A stretch of 64,000 bases of DNA from an uncultured Spirochaetales bacterium (GCA_949295505.1 CASFLH010000017.1:61793-125792); one strand, 5' to 3'. Shown: positions 36,324 through 45,769, numbered from the stretch's first letter. The notes: generated by a model not told the origin, from the sequence alone. Translations and numbers: made by a program.

Positions 36324-37661
36324 GTGTACAGACTAGATGATTTCATGCAGGATATCGAACGCAGGAATCCTGCGCAGCCGGAATTCATACAGGCAGTGAG
36401 GGAGGTTGTGGAATCTGTCATAGACACTGTCAATGACAATCCCCGTTATATCCAGAACAGGATACTTGAACGTATTACAGAGCCGGACAGAGTGGTTTCC
36501 TTCAAGGTCGAGTGGGAAGACGATGACGGGAATATAAGGGTGAACCGCGGATACAGAGTCCAGTTCAACAATGCGCTTGGCCCATACAAAGGCGGACTGC
36601 GGTTCCATGCATCGGTTACGGAAGGGACAATGAAGTTCCTCGCTTTCGAGCAGACATTCAAGAATGCTCTGACGACATTGCCGATGGGAGGAGGAAAGGG
36701 AGGTTCTGATTTCTCTCCTAAAGGGCGCTCTGATGCGGAAATTCTCCGTTTCTGCCGTTCTTTCATGACAGAGCTGTATAAGTATATCGGTCCAGATACC
36801 GATGTTCCCGCTGGTGATATCGGGGTCGGTGGCCGTGAGATTGGCTATCTTTACGGTCAGTATAAACGCATCGTCACAGAAAACACGGGCGTGCTTACCG
36901 GCAAAGGCTTTGGCTGGGGCGGCTCAAGGATGCGTCCAGAAGCAACTGGATTCGGCACAATGTATTTTGCTGAGAGCATGCTCCATGATAACGGAGAGGA
37001 GATGCAGGGCAAGCGTATAGCCGTCTCCGGTTTCGGAAATGTGGCCTGGGGCGCTGTGATGAAAGCATCCCAGCTGGGGGCGAAGGTCGTCACGATATCC
37101 GGTCCCGATGGCTATATCTATGACGAGAACGGGATCAACACTCCTGAGAAATGGGCATACATGCTTCAGCTGAGAGCCAGCAATAATGATGTCGTCAAGC
37201 CGTATGCTGCCCGTTTTGGGGCAGAATTCGTCCCGGGAAGAAAACCATGGGAGGTTCCGGTTGACCTGGCATTCCCGTGCGCGATACAGAACGAGCTTGG
37301 CAAGGATGATGCCGCCGCGCTGATAAAGAACGGCGTGAAATATGTAGTCGAGACATCCAATATGGGATGCACAGCAGATGCTGTCTCCCTTTTCAGGGAC
37401 AGCCATATTCATTTTGCTCCTGGCAAAGCCGCTAATGCGGGCGGAGTCGCGGTCTCCGGCCTCGAGATGAGCCAGAATGCGATGCACTATTTCTGGCCAG
37501 CGGAAGAGGTTGACGAGAAGCTGAAAGGAATCATGAAGTCGATACATTCCGAATGCGTGAAGTACGGAAGGGAAGACGATGGTTTCGTGGATTATGTGAA
37601 GGGTGCCAATATCGCAGGGTTCAGGAAAGTAGCTGATGCCATGTGCGATTTAGGATACTGA
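36324..37661 (+). CDS. gdhA: NADP-specific glutamate dehydrogenase
   Basis: NPAQPEFIQAVREV, KGGLRFH, LPMGGGKGGSDF, GFGNVAWG. GTG 36324 lies 5 nt after GGAGG and gives a 445-aa product colinear with E. coli GdhA. The ORF-track TTG at 36279 is the alternative start. Confidence 0.88.
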   Translation: MYRLDDFMQDIERRNPAQPEFIQAVREVVESVIDTVNDNPRYIQNRILERITEPDRVVSFKVEWEDDDGNIRVNRGYRVQFNNALGPYKGGLRFHASVTEGTMKFLAFEQTFKNALTTLPMGGGKGGSDFSPKGRSDAEILRFCRSFMTELYKYIGPDTDVPAGDIGVGGREIGYLYGQYKRIVTENTGVLTGKGFGWGGSRMRPEATGFGTMYFAESMLHDNGEEMQGKRIAVSGFGNVAWGAVMKASQLGAKVVTISGPDGYIYDENGINTPEKWAYMLQLRASNNDVVKPYAARFGAEFVPGRKPWEVPVDLAFPCAIQNELGKDDAAALIKNGVKYVVETSNMGCTADAVSLFRDSHIHFAPGKAANAGGVAVSGLEMSQNAMHYFWPAEEVDEKLKGIMKSIHSECVKYGREDDGFVDYVKGANIAGFRKVADAMCDLGY

Positions 37662-37675
37662 GACTCCTTTTTCCA

Positions 37676-37706
37676 TGTGGGCGGCAATCACCGCCCACTC
37701 TGTTTT
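37676..37706 (+). terminator. Rho-independent terminator of gdhA
   Basis: GTGGGCGG-caatca-CCGCCCAC followed by TCTGTTTTT. Confidence 0.65.
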
Positions 37707-37791
37707 TCCGACAATTCTGTCAGGTTTTGCTGATTGTGGCTTTTCCCAGTCGCTGTATATTCTGGATATATATTACGGTTCAGGAGGAATC

Positions 37792-38376
37792 ATGAAGAAA
37801 AGAGTCGTTGCGCTTCTTGCTGCGCTTGTGTTTATTGCATCCATTGTCACAGCTGCTCCTCTGCTGCAGCTTGGTCCGCTTGTGTCATATAACAAAACGG
37901 TTGTTGAATTCGATGACGGAGAAGAGTGGGGTGATATCAACAACTTCTCTTTCGGTGCTGATATACGTATCAACCCTCTGAAGCATATGAGCATCGACAT
38001 TCCGGCGACTATCGGATTCGGGAATGGCGGGGCTTTCAGCATCGCAGCAATTCCTACAATCAATGCTAATTTCCCGATTGGTGGTATCGCTGATATCGCA
38101 ATAGGCGCGGGTACTCAGTTTGACTTCCAGTACACGGGCAAGGACGGGGACTGGACGATGAATGGCCTTTCTCTCGATGATGCCGGCGATGCCTTCAGCA
38201 ACTCAAAACTCGTTTACAGGCTGGGTGTCACCTTCAATCTTGCATTCCTCAGTATTGGAGCTAATGCTATCCTGCCAGGTTCCGCTGGATTCGGCGAAGG
38301 AGATATCGGCGGAATATTCAATCCGATGTGGGAGTCCACGCGTGTTTCCGTCGTTGCTCTCTTCAATCTTTTCTGA
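37792..38376 (+). CDS. Small outer-membrane beta-barrel-like protein
   Basis: AGGAGG RBS. Signal peptide MKKRVVALLAALVFIASIVTAAP. Alternating Gly/aromatic-rich strands, with C-terminal ...VVALFNLF ending in Phe, like an OMP beta-signal. Confidence 0.55.
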   Translation: MKKRVVALLAALVFIASIVTAAPLLQLGPLVSYNKTVVEFDDGEEWGDINNFSFGADIRINPLKHMSIDIPATIGFGNGGAFSIAAIPTINANFPIGGIADIAIGAGTQFDFQYTGKDGDWTMNGLSLDDAGDAFSNSKLVYRLGVTFNLAFLSIGANAILPGSAGFGEGDIGGIFNPMWESTRVSVVALFNLF

Positions 38377-38397
38377 GATTGCTGACAAAGCCCGAGG

Positions 38398-38426
38398 CCC
38401 AGGAGTGATCCTGGGTTCTTTTTTTT
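38398..38426 (+). terminator. Rho-independent terminator of the OMP gene
   Basis: CCCAGGA-gtga-TCCTGGG followed by TTCTTTTTTTT. Confidence 0.7.
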
Positions 38427-38439
38427 CTGTCATTTTCTG

Positions 38440-38469
38440 TTGACCCAGGGGAAGGCAATATGCTATAAA
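38440..38469 (+). promoter_or_regulatory. Candidate distal promoter upstream of PFOR
   Basis: TTGACC (38440-38445), 18-nt spacer, TATAAA (38464-38469), about 265 nt upstream of the PFOR ATG. Confidence 0.4.
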
Positions 38470-38472
38470 GAA

Positions 38473-38595
38473 GTTAGCCATAGCTAACCAAGTCATTCAG
38501 AGGTTAAGGACCTGGCCGGGTTTTTCCCGTTCTGCCTTTTTCCGGTATACTCATGGCGGAATCTTCCGGGGGCCGGTCCTTCTCCTTCTTTTCTC
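38473..38595 (+). promoter_or_regulatory. Structured leader element (candidate riboregulator or small RNA) upstream of PFOR
   Basis: Hairpin GTTAGC-cata-GCTAAC (38473-38488). A long-range stem pairs AAGGACC-t-GGCC (38506-38517) with GGCC-GGTCCTT (38571-38581). That stem encloses two small hairpins: CGGG-ttttt-CCCG at 38517-38529 and TTCCG...CGGAA at 38540-38561. A pyrimidine/T-rich tract follows (38582-38595). Confidence 0.3.
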
Positions 38596-38695
38596 CCTCA
38601 TATTTTCACTTCATCTTCCTGTCTGGCAAGGTTGTATTCTCTTAGGACTTGCGATATCCTATGTAATTGGCTGATACCCTCTAAATCGGTTATGG

Positions 38696-38710
38696 CTGTG
38701 GCATTGCCAC
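38696..38710. promoter_or_regulatory. Perfect 7-1-7 palindrome (candidate operator) just upstream of the PFOR RBS
   Basis: TGTGGCA-t-TGCCACA at 38696-38710. The RBS AGGAG is at 38721-38725 and the ATG at 38734. Confidence 0.35.
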
Positions 38711-38733
38711 ATGAAATATTTAGGAGTGTTGAA

Positions 38734-41700
38734 ATGGCAGACAAGAAAATGGTTACCATTGACGGAAACACCGCTGCTGCGCATATAGCTTATGCCTTCA
38801 GTGATGTAGCCGCTATTTACCCGATTACTCCGTCCTCACCAATGGGCGAGTATGCAGAGCAGTGGTCATCTACAGGCCGCGAGAACCTCTGGGGCAAGAA
38901 AGTAGACATCATGGAGATGCAGTCTGAGGCAGGTGCCGCAGGTGCAGTGCATGGTTCTCTCGCCGCTGGTGCTCTGACAACCACATTCACGGCATCTCAG
39001 GGTCTTCTCCTGATGATTCCTAACATGTACAAGATCGCAGGCGAGATGATCCCGACGGTCTTCCATGTTTCAGCTAGATCGCTTGCAGCTCAGTCACTCT
39101 CAATTTTCGGCGATCACTCCGATGTCATGGCATGCCGCAATACAGGTTTTGCAATGACATGTGCTTCCAGCATCCAGGAGACAATGGATATGGCACTTGT
39201 TGCTCACCTTGCAACACTTGAGTCACAGGTTCCTTTCCTTGCATTCTTCGATGGCTTCAGAACATCCCACGAGATCCAGAAGGTCGAGGAGATTTCCTAT
39301 GATGACATCCGCACTCTCGTAGATGAGAAGTACATCGAGCGTTTCCGCTCACGCGCACAGCGCCCGGAGCACCCGATGACAAAAGTCGCTGCTCAGAACG
39401 AGGATGTCTACTTCCAGGGAAGAGAGACTGTCAATCCTTATTATGATGCAGTTCCAGGCATCGTTCAGAAGTATATGGATAAGGTTGCTGGCCTCACAGG
39501 AAGACAGTACCATCTCTTCGATTATGTCGGTGCACCTGATGCAACAGATGTCATCATCATCATGGGTTCTGCAGCTGATACATTCGAGTGGGTCGTTGAT
39601 TACATCAACAAGAAGGGCGGCAAGGTCGGACTTGTAAAGGTCAGACTCTACAGACCGTTCTCCGCAAAGGATTTTGTTGCATGCATCCCGGCTTCTGCAA
39701 AGAGAATCGCTGTAATGGACAGGACAAAGGAGCCAGGCGCTCTTGGAGAGCCTCTCTACGAAGATGTCGTCACAGCTCTTGCTCAGCAGGGCAGAACAGG
39801 CATGAAGATCATCGGAGGCCGCTATGGTCTTTCCTCAAAGGACTTCACACCTACACACGCAAAGGCTGTATTCGATTTCCTCGCACGCGACGATGCATGG
39901 CATGATTTCACAGTCGGTATCAACGACGATGTCACTGGCCGTTCAATTCCGGTAGGTGAGAAGATCGATGTTACACCAGAAGGTGTTGTATCCTGTATGT
40001 TCTGGGGCCTTGGCTCTGATGGAACAGTCGGTGCAAACAAGAACTCCATCAAGATCATCGGCGACAATACTGATATGAATGCTCAGGCATACTTCGCATA
40101 CGATTCGAAGAAGTCTGGCGGTATCACGATTTCCCACCTCAGATTCGGAAAGGGCAAGCTTGATATGCCATGGCTCATCGACCATGCTGATTTTGTTGCC
40201 TGCCACAACCCGGCATACATCGGCCGCTATGATATGCTTTCCGCTCTCAAGGAGAATGGTGTATTCCTTCTCAACAGCCAGATTCCTTCAGATGAGGTCT
40301 TCGAGCACCTTACAAGGGATATGCAGGAGCAGATCATCAAGAAGCATATTCACTTCTACAATATCGATGCTCTTGATATCGCAAGAAGCGTAGGCCTTGG
40401 TTCAAGAATCAACACTGTTATGCAGGCTGCATTCTTCAAGATCGCCAATGTCCTTCCTGAGACAGAGGCTATCGAGCTGATCAAGAAGTACATCAAGAAG
40501 ACATTCCTCAAGAAGGGCGAGGAGGTCGTAAACAAGAACTGGGCAGCAGTAGATGGCGCTTCAGCAGCACTTGTTGAGGTAAAGGTTCCTGCAGAGATCA
40601 CAAAGAGCTATGAGCCGAAGAGACTCATCCCGGATGATGCTGACGATTTCACAAAGAACGTCATTGAGCGCATCATGCATCTCGAAGGAAATGACATTCC
40701 TGTTTCCCAGATGTCTTTCGACGGCAAGCTTCCTACAGGAACAGCAAAGCTCGAGAAGAGAGGCGTAGCAGCTTATGTACCTCACTGGGACAGCTCGAAG
40801 TGTATCCAGTGCAACCAGTGTGTACAGTCTTGTCCGCACGCAGCTATCCGCGCTAAGCAGATCACTCCTGAGGATATGGAGAAGGCTCCGGCAACATTCA
40901 AGGCTATCAAGTCGAACACAAAGAACGACAGAGGTCTTCTCTTCAAGATCCAGGTCTACACAGAGGACTGCCAGGGATGTGGCGTCTGTGTTGAGGCATG
41001 TCCTGCAAAGGAAAAGGCTCTTGAACTCAAGCCGATCGCAGAGGAAAGAGCAAACGGAGAGATTGAGAACTGCACATTCTTCGAGGGTCTCACATATGAC
41101 AATCTCGATGGTCTGAACATGGGAACTGTCAAGGGTCTCCAGTTCAAGCAGCCGCTCTTCGAGTTCTCCGGTGCATGTGCTGGATGTGGAGAGACTCCGT
41201 ATGTGAAGATGCTCTCACAGATCTGTGGAGAGAGGGCAGTCATTGCTAATGCAACAGGTTGTTCCTCCATCTACTCCGGTACATTCCCGACCATTCCTTA
41301 TACAAAGAGGGCTGATGGACGCGGACCGGCATGGGGCAACTCACTCTTCGAGGACAACGCAGAGTACGGACTCGGTATGCGCCTTGCTGTTGATTCCAAC
41401 AGGAACCTCCTGAGGATGAAGTGCGACGAGCTTATCGCAAAGGGATGCTCAGCAGAGCTGAAGGCTGCGATCGAGAAGTGCTACTCACTCTGGGAGGATA
41501 CAACAGAGGCTTCCATCACGGCACAGAAGGAAGTGCAGGCTGTTCTTGCTAAGGAGAAGGCTGCAGATGCAGAGGCACAGATCCTCCTCGACAAGATTGT
41601 TGAGCTTCAGGATTACTTCTCAGAGAAGGATGTCATCATCATCGGTGGTGATGGATGGGCTTATGATATCGGATTCGGCGGTGTTGACCATGTTGTTGCT

Positions 41701-42276
41701 TCCGGCAAGAACGTCACCATCCTCGTGCTCGATACAGAGGTTTACTCCAACACTGGTGGACAGGCTTCCAAGTCGACACCGATGGCAGCTGTTGCCAAGT
41801 TCGCTAACGCTGGAAAGAAGGTCGGCAAGAAGAACATGGGCTTCATGATGATGAGCTATGGCCATGCATATGTTGCTTCCATCGCACTTGGATACAACAG
41901 GCTCCAGGCTCAGAAGGCTCTGCAGGAAGCAGTCTCTTATCAGGGACCATCAATCGTCTTCTGCTATGCTCCGTGTATCAACCACGGTATCAACATGAGA
42001 TATTCTCAGGTTGAGGCTAAGAAGGCTGTTGAGGCTGGCTACTGGCCGCTCTATCGCTTCGATCCACGCCTTGAGGCTGGAAAGAGGTTCGTATGGGAGA
42101 CGAAGCCGGCAACAGCAGACTACCAGGAGTTCATCAAGGGTGAGACAAGATATGCTTCGCTCTACAAGACGAACCCAGAGCATGCAGATGAGCTTTTCGC
42201 AGCTGCTGCTGAGGATGCAAAGGAAAGACTTGCATTCTACCAGAGATGCGGCGAGGTTCTCGGCGAGACAATCTAA
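38734..42276 (+). CDS. nifJ: Pyruvate:ferredoxin (flavodoxin) oxidoreductase, single-chain
   Basis: MADKKMVTIDGNTAAAHIAYAFSDVAAIYPITPSSPM, two ferredoxin motifs CIQCNQCVQSCPH and CQGCGVCVEACP, TPP block GGDGWAYDIGFGG; 1180 aa. Confidence 0.95.
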   Translation: MADKKMVTIDGNTAAAHIAYAFSDVAAIYPITPSSPMGEYAEQWSSTGRENLWGKKVDIMEMQSEAGAAGAVHGSLAAGALTTTFTASQGLLLMIPNMYKIAGEMIPTVFHVSARSLAAQSLSIFGDHSDVMACRNTGFAMTCASSIQETMDMALVAHLATLESQVPFLAFFDGFRTSHEIQKVEEISYDDIRTLVDEKYIERFRSRAQRPEHPMTKVAAQNEDVYFQGRETVNPYYDAVPGIVQKYMDKVAGLTGRQYHLFDYVGAPDATDVIIIMGSAADTFEWVVDYINKKGGKVGLVKVRLYRPFSAKDFVACIPASAKRIAVMDRTKEPGALGEPLYEDVVTALAQQGRTGMKIIGGRYGLSSKDFTPTHAKAVFDFLARDDAWHDFTVGINDDVTGRSIPVGEKIDVTPEGVVSCMFWGLGSDGTVGANKNSIKIIGDNTDMNAQAYFAYDSKKSGGITISHLRFGKGKLDMPWLIDHADFVACHNPAYIGRYDMLSALKENGVFLLNSQIPSDEVFEHLTRDMQEQIIKKHIHFYNIDALDIARSVGLGSRINTVMQAAFFKIANVLPETEAIELIKKYIKKTFLKKGEEVVNKNWAAVDGASAALVEVKVPAEITKSYEPKRLIPDDADDFTKNVIERIMHLEGNDIPVSQMSFDGKLPTGTAKLEKRGVAAYVPHWDSSKCIQCNQCVQSCPHAAIRAKQITPEDMEKAPATFKAIKSNTKNDRGLLFKIQVYTEDCQGCGVCVEACPAKEKALELKPIAEERANGEIENCTFFEGLTYDNLDGLNMGTVKGLQFKQPLFEFSGACAGCGETPYVKMLSQICGERAVIANATGCSSIYSGTFPTIPYTKRADGRGPAWGNSLFEDNAEYGLGMRLAVDSNRNLLRMKCDELIAKGCSAELKAAIEKCYSLWEDTTEASITAQKEVQAVLAKEKAADAEAQILLDKIVELQDYFSEKDVIIIGGDGWAYDIGFGGVDHVVASGKNVTILVLDTEVYSNTGGQASKSTPMAAVAKFANAGKKVGKKNMGFMMMSYGHAYVASIALGYNRLQAQKALQEAVSYQGPSIVFCYAPCINHGINMRYSQVEAKKAVEAGYWPLYRFDPRLEAGKRFVWETKPATADYQEFIKGETRYASLYKTNPEHADELFAAAAEDAKERLAFYQRCGEVLGETI

Positions 42277-42297
42277 GGTACAACCTTATACAAACAG

Positions 42298-42331
42298 GAA
42301 AGGCAGTCTTCGGATTGCCTTTCTTTTTTTT
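42298..42331 (+). terminator. Rho-independent terminator of PFOR
   Basis: GAAAGGCA-loop-TGCCTTTC followed by TTTTTTTT. Confidence 0.7.
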
Positions 42332-42400
42332 CATCGGAATTAACTTAAATCAGCTATAATACATGCATGCGCATAATGCCTTTGGGGAAAAGGAGGCATA

Positions 42401-42781
42401 ATGACAGTCATCATCACTCTTGATGATAAGAATGGCTATACCTTTTCCGGTAAGCGGCTGTCGCAGGATCGCAATATCGCAGCAGATATTGTTTCATCTT
42501 TTGACCAAGTCTATATGTCTGCATATTCAGCAGAGCAGTTTGAAGACAAAAGCGGGATTGTAACACCGATTCCGGATGTTATCCCTCAGGATGCTGTTGT
42601 CTTTCTTGAAACGGATGATATACCGGATTCCGCTGATTGCCTGGTTGTATACAGATGGAACAGGCTTTATCCATCGGACAGGAAGTACAATCCAGCAAGA
42701 TATTCCTGGCACAGGAAAAGTTCCGAGGATTTCCCAGGATATTCTCACGAGAGGATTACAAAGGAGATTTACAAGAAATGA
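42401..42781 (+). CDS. Small cytoplasmic protein with DHFR/RibD-C-like N-terminal pattern, function unknown
   Basis: 126 aa with no signal peptide. MTVIITLDDKNGYTFSGKRLSQDR and YRWNRLYPSD ... FPGYSHERITKEIY resemble a conserved uncharacterised family (from memory). Its stop overlaps the nuclease ATG (ATGA at 42778-42781). Confidence 0.5.
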   Translation: MTVIITLDDKNGYTFSGKRLSQDRNIAADIVSSFDQVYMSAYSAEQFEDKSGIVTPIPDVIPQDAVVFLETDDIPDSADCLVVYRWNRLYPSDRKYNPARYSWHRKSSEDFPGYSHERITKEIYKK

Positions 42782-43656
42782 GAAAATATGCTTTGATCCT
42801 GCTTTCGCTGATTGTTTTTTCGTTCCCTTCATGCGATTTGTCAAATCTGTTTTCAGGGCATGATACGCCGGGAGATGTGTCAACAGCAGAAGGTGAATTG
42901 TCTGAGATACGGAACAACGATATCCCGTATTTTGATGAAGATGATTATGCCTATGCGGAAGAAAAGGGGTATTTCATAGAATGTTCCCCTTTGGATGAGC
43001 TAGGACGTGTTGGAGTCTGCTGGGGATTGTTTGATTACGATCATATGCCGGATTACGGCAGGGAGACGCTGGACTCGGAGCCTACCGGATGGCATCAGAA
43101 TCGTTATGATTCGTCCATTGTTCCTGGCGGATGGCTTTACGCGCGGGCCCATCTTCTGAATTTCCAGATGTCTGGTCTTCAGGATGATCCCCAGAATCTC
43201 ATGACCGGTACCAGGGATTTCAACAATGAGGGGATGCTTCCTTTTGAGAATATGGCGGCTGACCACCTGAGGGAAAAACGTGATCATCAGATACTGTACA
43301 GGGTCTCTCCGGATTTTGGCGGGGATAATCTGCTTGCCTATGGCGTTCTGATAGAATCAGATTGCCTGGATTGTGATGATATGGCTGATTTCTGCGTTTA
43401 CATAAGGAATCAGCAGCCGGGAATCACAATTGATTATGCAACAGGGGAGAACTGGCTCAGTTCAGAACTTCCGCCTGATGATGACGTGACAATCGAGGAG
43501 GCGACATACATCCTCAATACAAGCTCGGATAGGTTCCATCTTCTGAATTGCAGCAGAGCCCCTGAACCTGATTCCCCGAATTATAAGCTCACCGATAAGA
43601 CACGTGCAGAGCTGATAGCTGAAGGATATGATCCTTGCGGAATCTGCAATCCTTGA
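42778..43656 (+). CDS. Secreted lipoprotein DNA/RNA non-specific endonuclease (EndA/NucA family) with C-terminal Ada-type zinc-binding module
   Basis: Signal peptide plus lipobox MRKYALILLSLIVFSFPSC. The core GGWLYARAHLLNFQMSG...QNLMTGTRDFNNEGMLPFEN...ILYRVSP...ITIDYATGE is colinear with EndA/NucA. The tail FHLLNCS...IAEGYDPCGICNP resembles the Ada metal-binding domain. Confidence 0.8.
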   Translation: MRKYALILLSLIVFSFPSCDLSNLFSGHDTPGDVSTAEGELSEIRNNDIPYFDEDDYAYAEEKGYFIECSPLDELGRVGVCWGLFDYDHMPDYGRETLDSEPTGWHQNRYDSSIVPGGWLYARAHLLNFQMSGLQDDPQNLMTGTRDFNNEGMLPFENMAADHLREKRDHQILYRVSPDFGGDNLLAYGVLIESDCLDCDDMADFCVYIRNQQPGITIDYATGENWLSSELPPDDDVTIEEATYILNTSSDRFHLLNCSRAPEPDSPNYKLTDKTRAELIAEGYDPCGICNP

Positions 43657-43673
43657 AAAAAACAAAGGCTTCC

Positions 43674-43711
43674 TGATGGATGATGCAATCTGCAAGGAGT
43701 ATCATCCATCA
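43674..43711 (+). terminator. Long perfect hairpin after the nuclease gene (candidate terminator)
   Basis: TGATGGATGAT (43674-43684) pairs with ATCATCCATCA (43701-43711) across a 16-nt loop. Only a weak T-rich tail (TTCTGGATTTCTTG) follows. Confidence 0.4.
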
Positions 43712-43848
43712 TTCTGGATTTCTTGTCCTGAGAAAGATGGCCTGTCATACACAAAAGAGAGAGGATGTTTGTGATTGCGGAGTAATCTGTATTTTCTATG
43801 ATTATCTGAGCAGTTTTCCTTTAATAGTCACTTCATTGCCATTATATT

Positions 43849-44157
43849 ATGGGTATGAGTCGTGTCCGTGCTGATATAGATACATTTTATGGTGATTTCC
43901 CCGCAGAGTTCGATTTTGAGATTTCCAATGAAGGTGATATTACAGGCACCTATGCCTTCATCGGGTATCATGGGGACTTCAAGGGCAGCATGACAGGCGA
44001 AGACACCTTCACTGTGAGCGGTGAAATCGATTCTTACATAGGGAAGATTGATTTCTCTATTACAGGAAAATATGACGGGAAGATTGTCACAGGAGAAGGT
44101 GTTACGGAGAAAAAAGGACGATTCTCTGTCAGGGGGATTCCTGTTGGAGAACTTTGA
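43849..44157 (+). CDS. Small Gly-rich beta-type protein, paralogue 1 (unknown function)
   Basis: 102 aa (100 aa from the second ATG at 43855). Shares the pattern DFxGxxxGEDxFxxSG....GKI........DGxxxG with the next ORF. No SD. Confidence 0.45.
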   Translation: MGMSRVRADIDTFYGDFPAEFDFEISNEGDITGTYAFIGYHGDFKGSMTGEDTFTVSGEIDSYIGKIDFSITGKYDGKIVTGEGVTEKKGRFSVRGIPVGEL

Positions 44158-44431
44158 GATATTCGTTAGATCTCCATTTGGAAAATACAGGGGCACGCTA
44201 TCGGTAAGGCGGAAGGATGGCAGAGCGGATGGCGTTATCAGCTTCCTGCATTTCTCTTCAGATTTCACCGGAACAGTCTCTGGCGAGGATTTCTCTTTTT
44301 CCGGATGTCTCGAGACACCTGTCGGGAAGATTGCCTACGAAGCCCGCGCAACCATTGCTGACGGGCATGTGAGCGGCTCCGCGAAGACAAGGCTCGGGAC
44401 GATGTCCTTCTCATCGAAAGAGGGAAAATAG
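44144..44431 (+). CDS. Small Gly-rich beta-type protein, paralogue 2 (start uncertain; may be fused to paralogue 1)
   Basis: The +1 frame relative to paralogue 1 is open from 44048. TTG 44144 lies 6 nt after AGGGGGA. The product ENFEIFVRSPFGKYRGTLSV...DFTGTVSGEDFSFSG...GKI...DGHVSG is paralogous to the previous ORF. Confidence 0.4.
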   Translation: MENFEIFVRSPFGKYRGTLSVRRKDGRADGVISFLHFSSDFTGTVSGEDFSFSGCLETPVGKIAYEARATIADGHVSGSAKTRLGTMSFSSKEGK

Positions 44432-44547
44432 CGAAAAAAAATATTGTTTCTCAAAAAAATCCTATATGTACGGCATTCAAAAGCGGGTCGAGAATCTTAA
44501 TCAGAGGTAAATCTACACGCAGGTATTGCCTGCTTTAGGAGGTTTAG

Positions 44548-45750
<1,203 letters not shown>

Positions 45751-45769
45751 TCCTCTGATCTCACGGGAT

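Noticed and set aside
38500-38585. Resemblance of GAGGTTAAGGACCTGGCCGGG to the RNase P RNA 5-prime motif (GAGGAAAGTCCGGGC), and the idea of an SRP, 6S or tmRNA gene here
   Set aside because: The match is only a loose word similarity. The element is far too short, and the other universally conserved RNase P, SRP and tmRNA motifs are missing.
38620-38640. Sigma-54-like TGGCA element (CTGGCAAGGTTGTATT) in the PFOR leader
   Set aside because: The -12 element (TTGC) is absent at the required spacing, and no enhancer-binding protein gene is nearby.
42637-42777. ORF-track N-terminal extension of the nuclease gene
   Set aside because: It overlaps the end of the upstream 126-aa gene. The signal peptide and lipobox begin at the ATG at 42778, which forms an ATGA junction.
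43828-44268. 146-aa minus-strand ORF across the mini-gene locus
   Set aside because: The internal paralogy (repeated GED.F..SG...GKI pattern) is seen only in the plus-strand frames. The antisense translation is Cys- and Asn-rich with no repeat structure.
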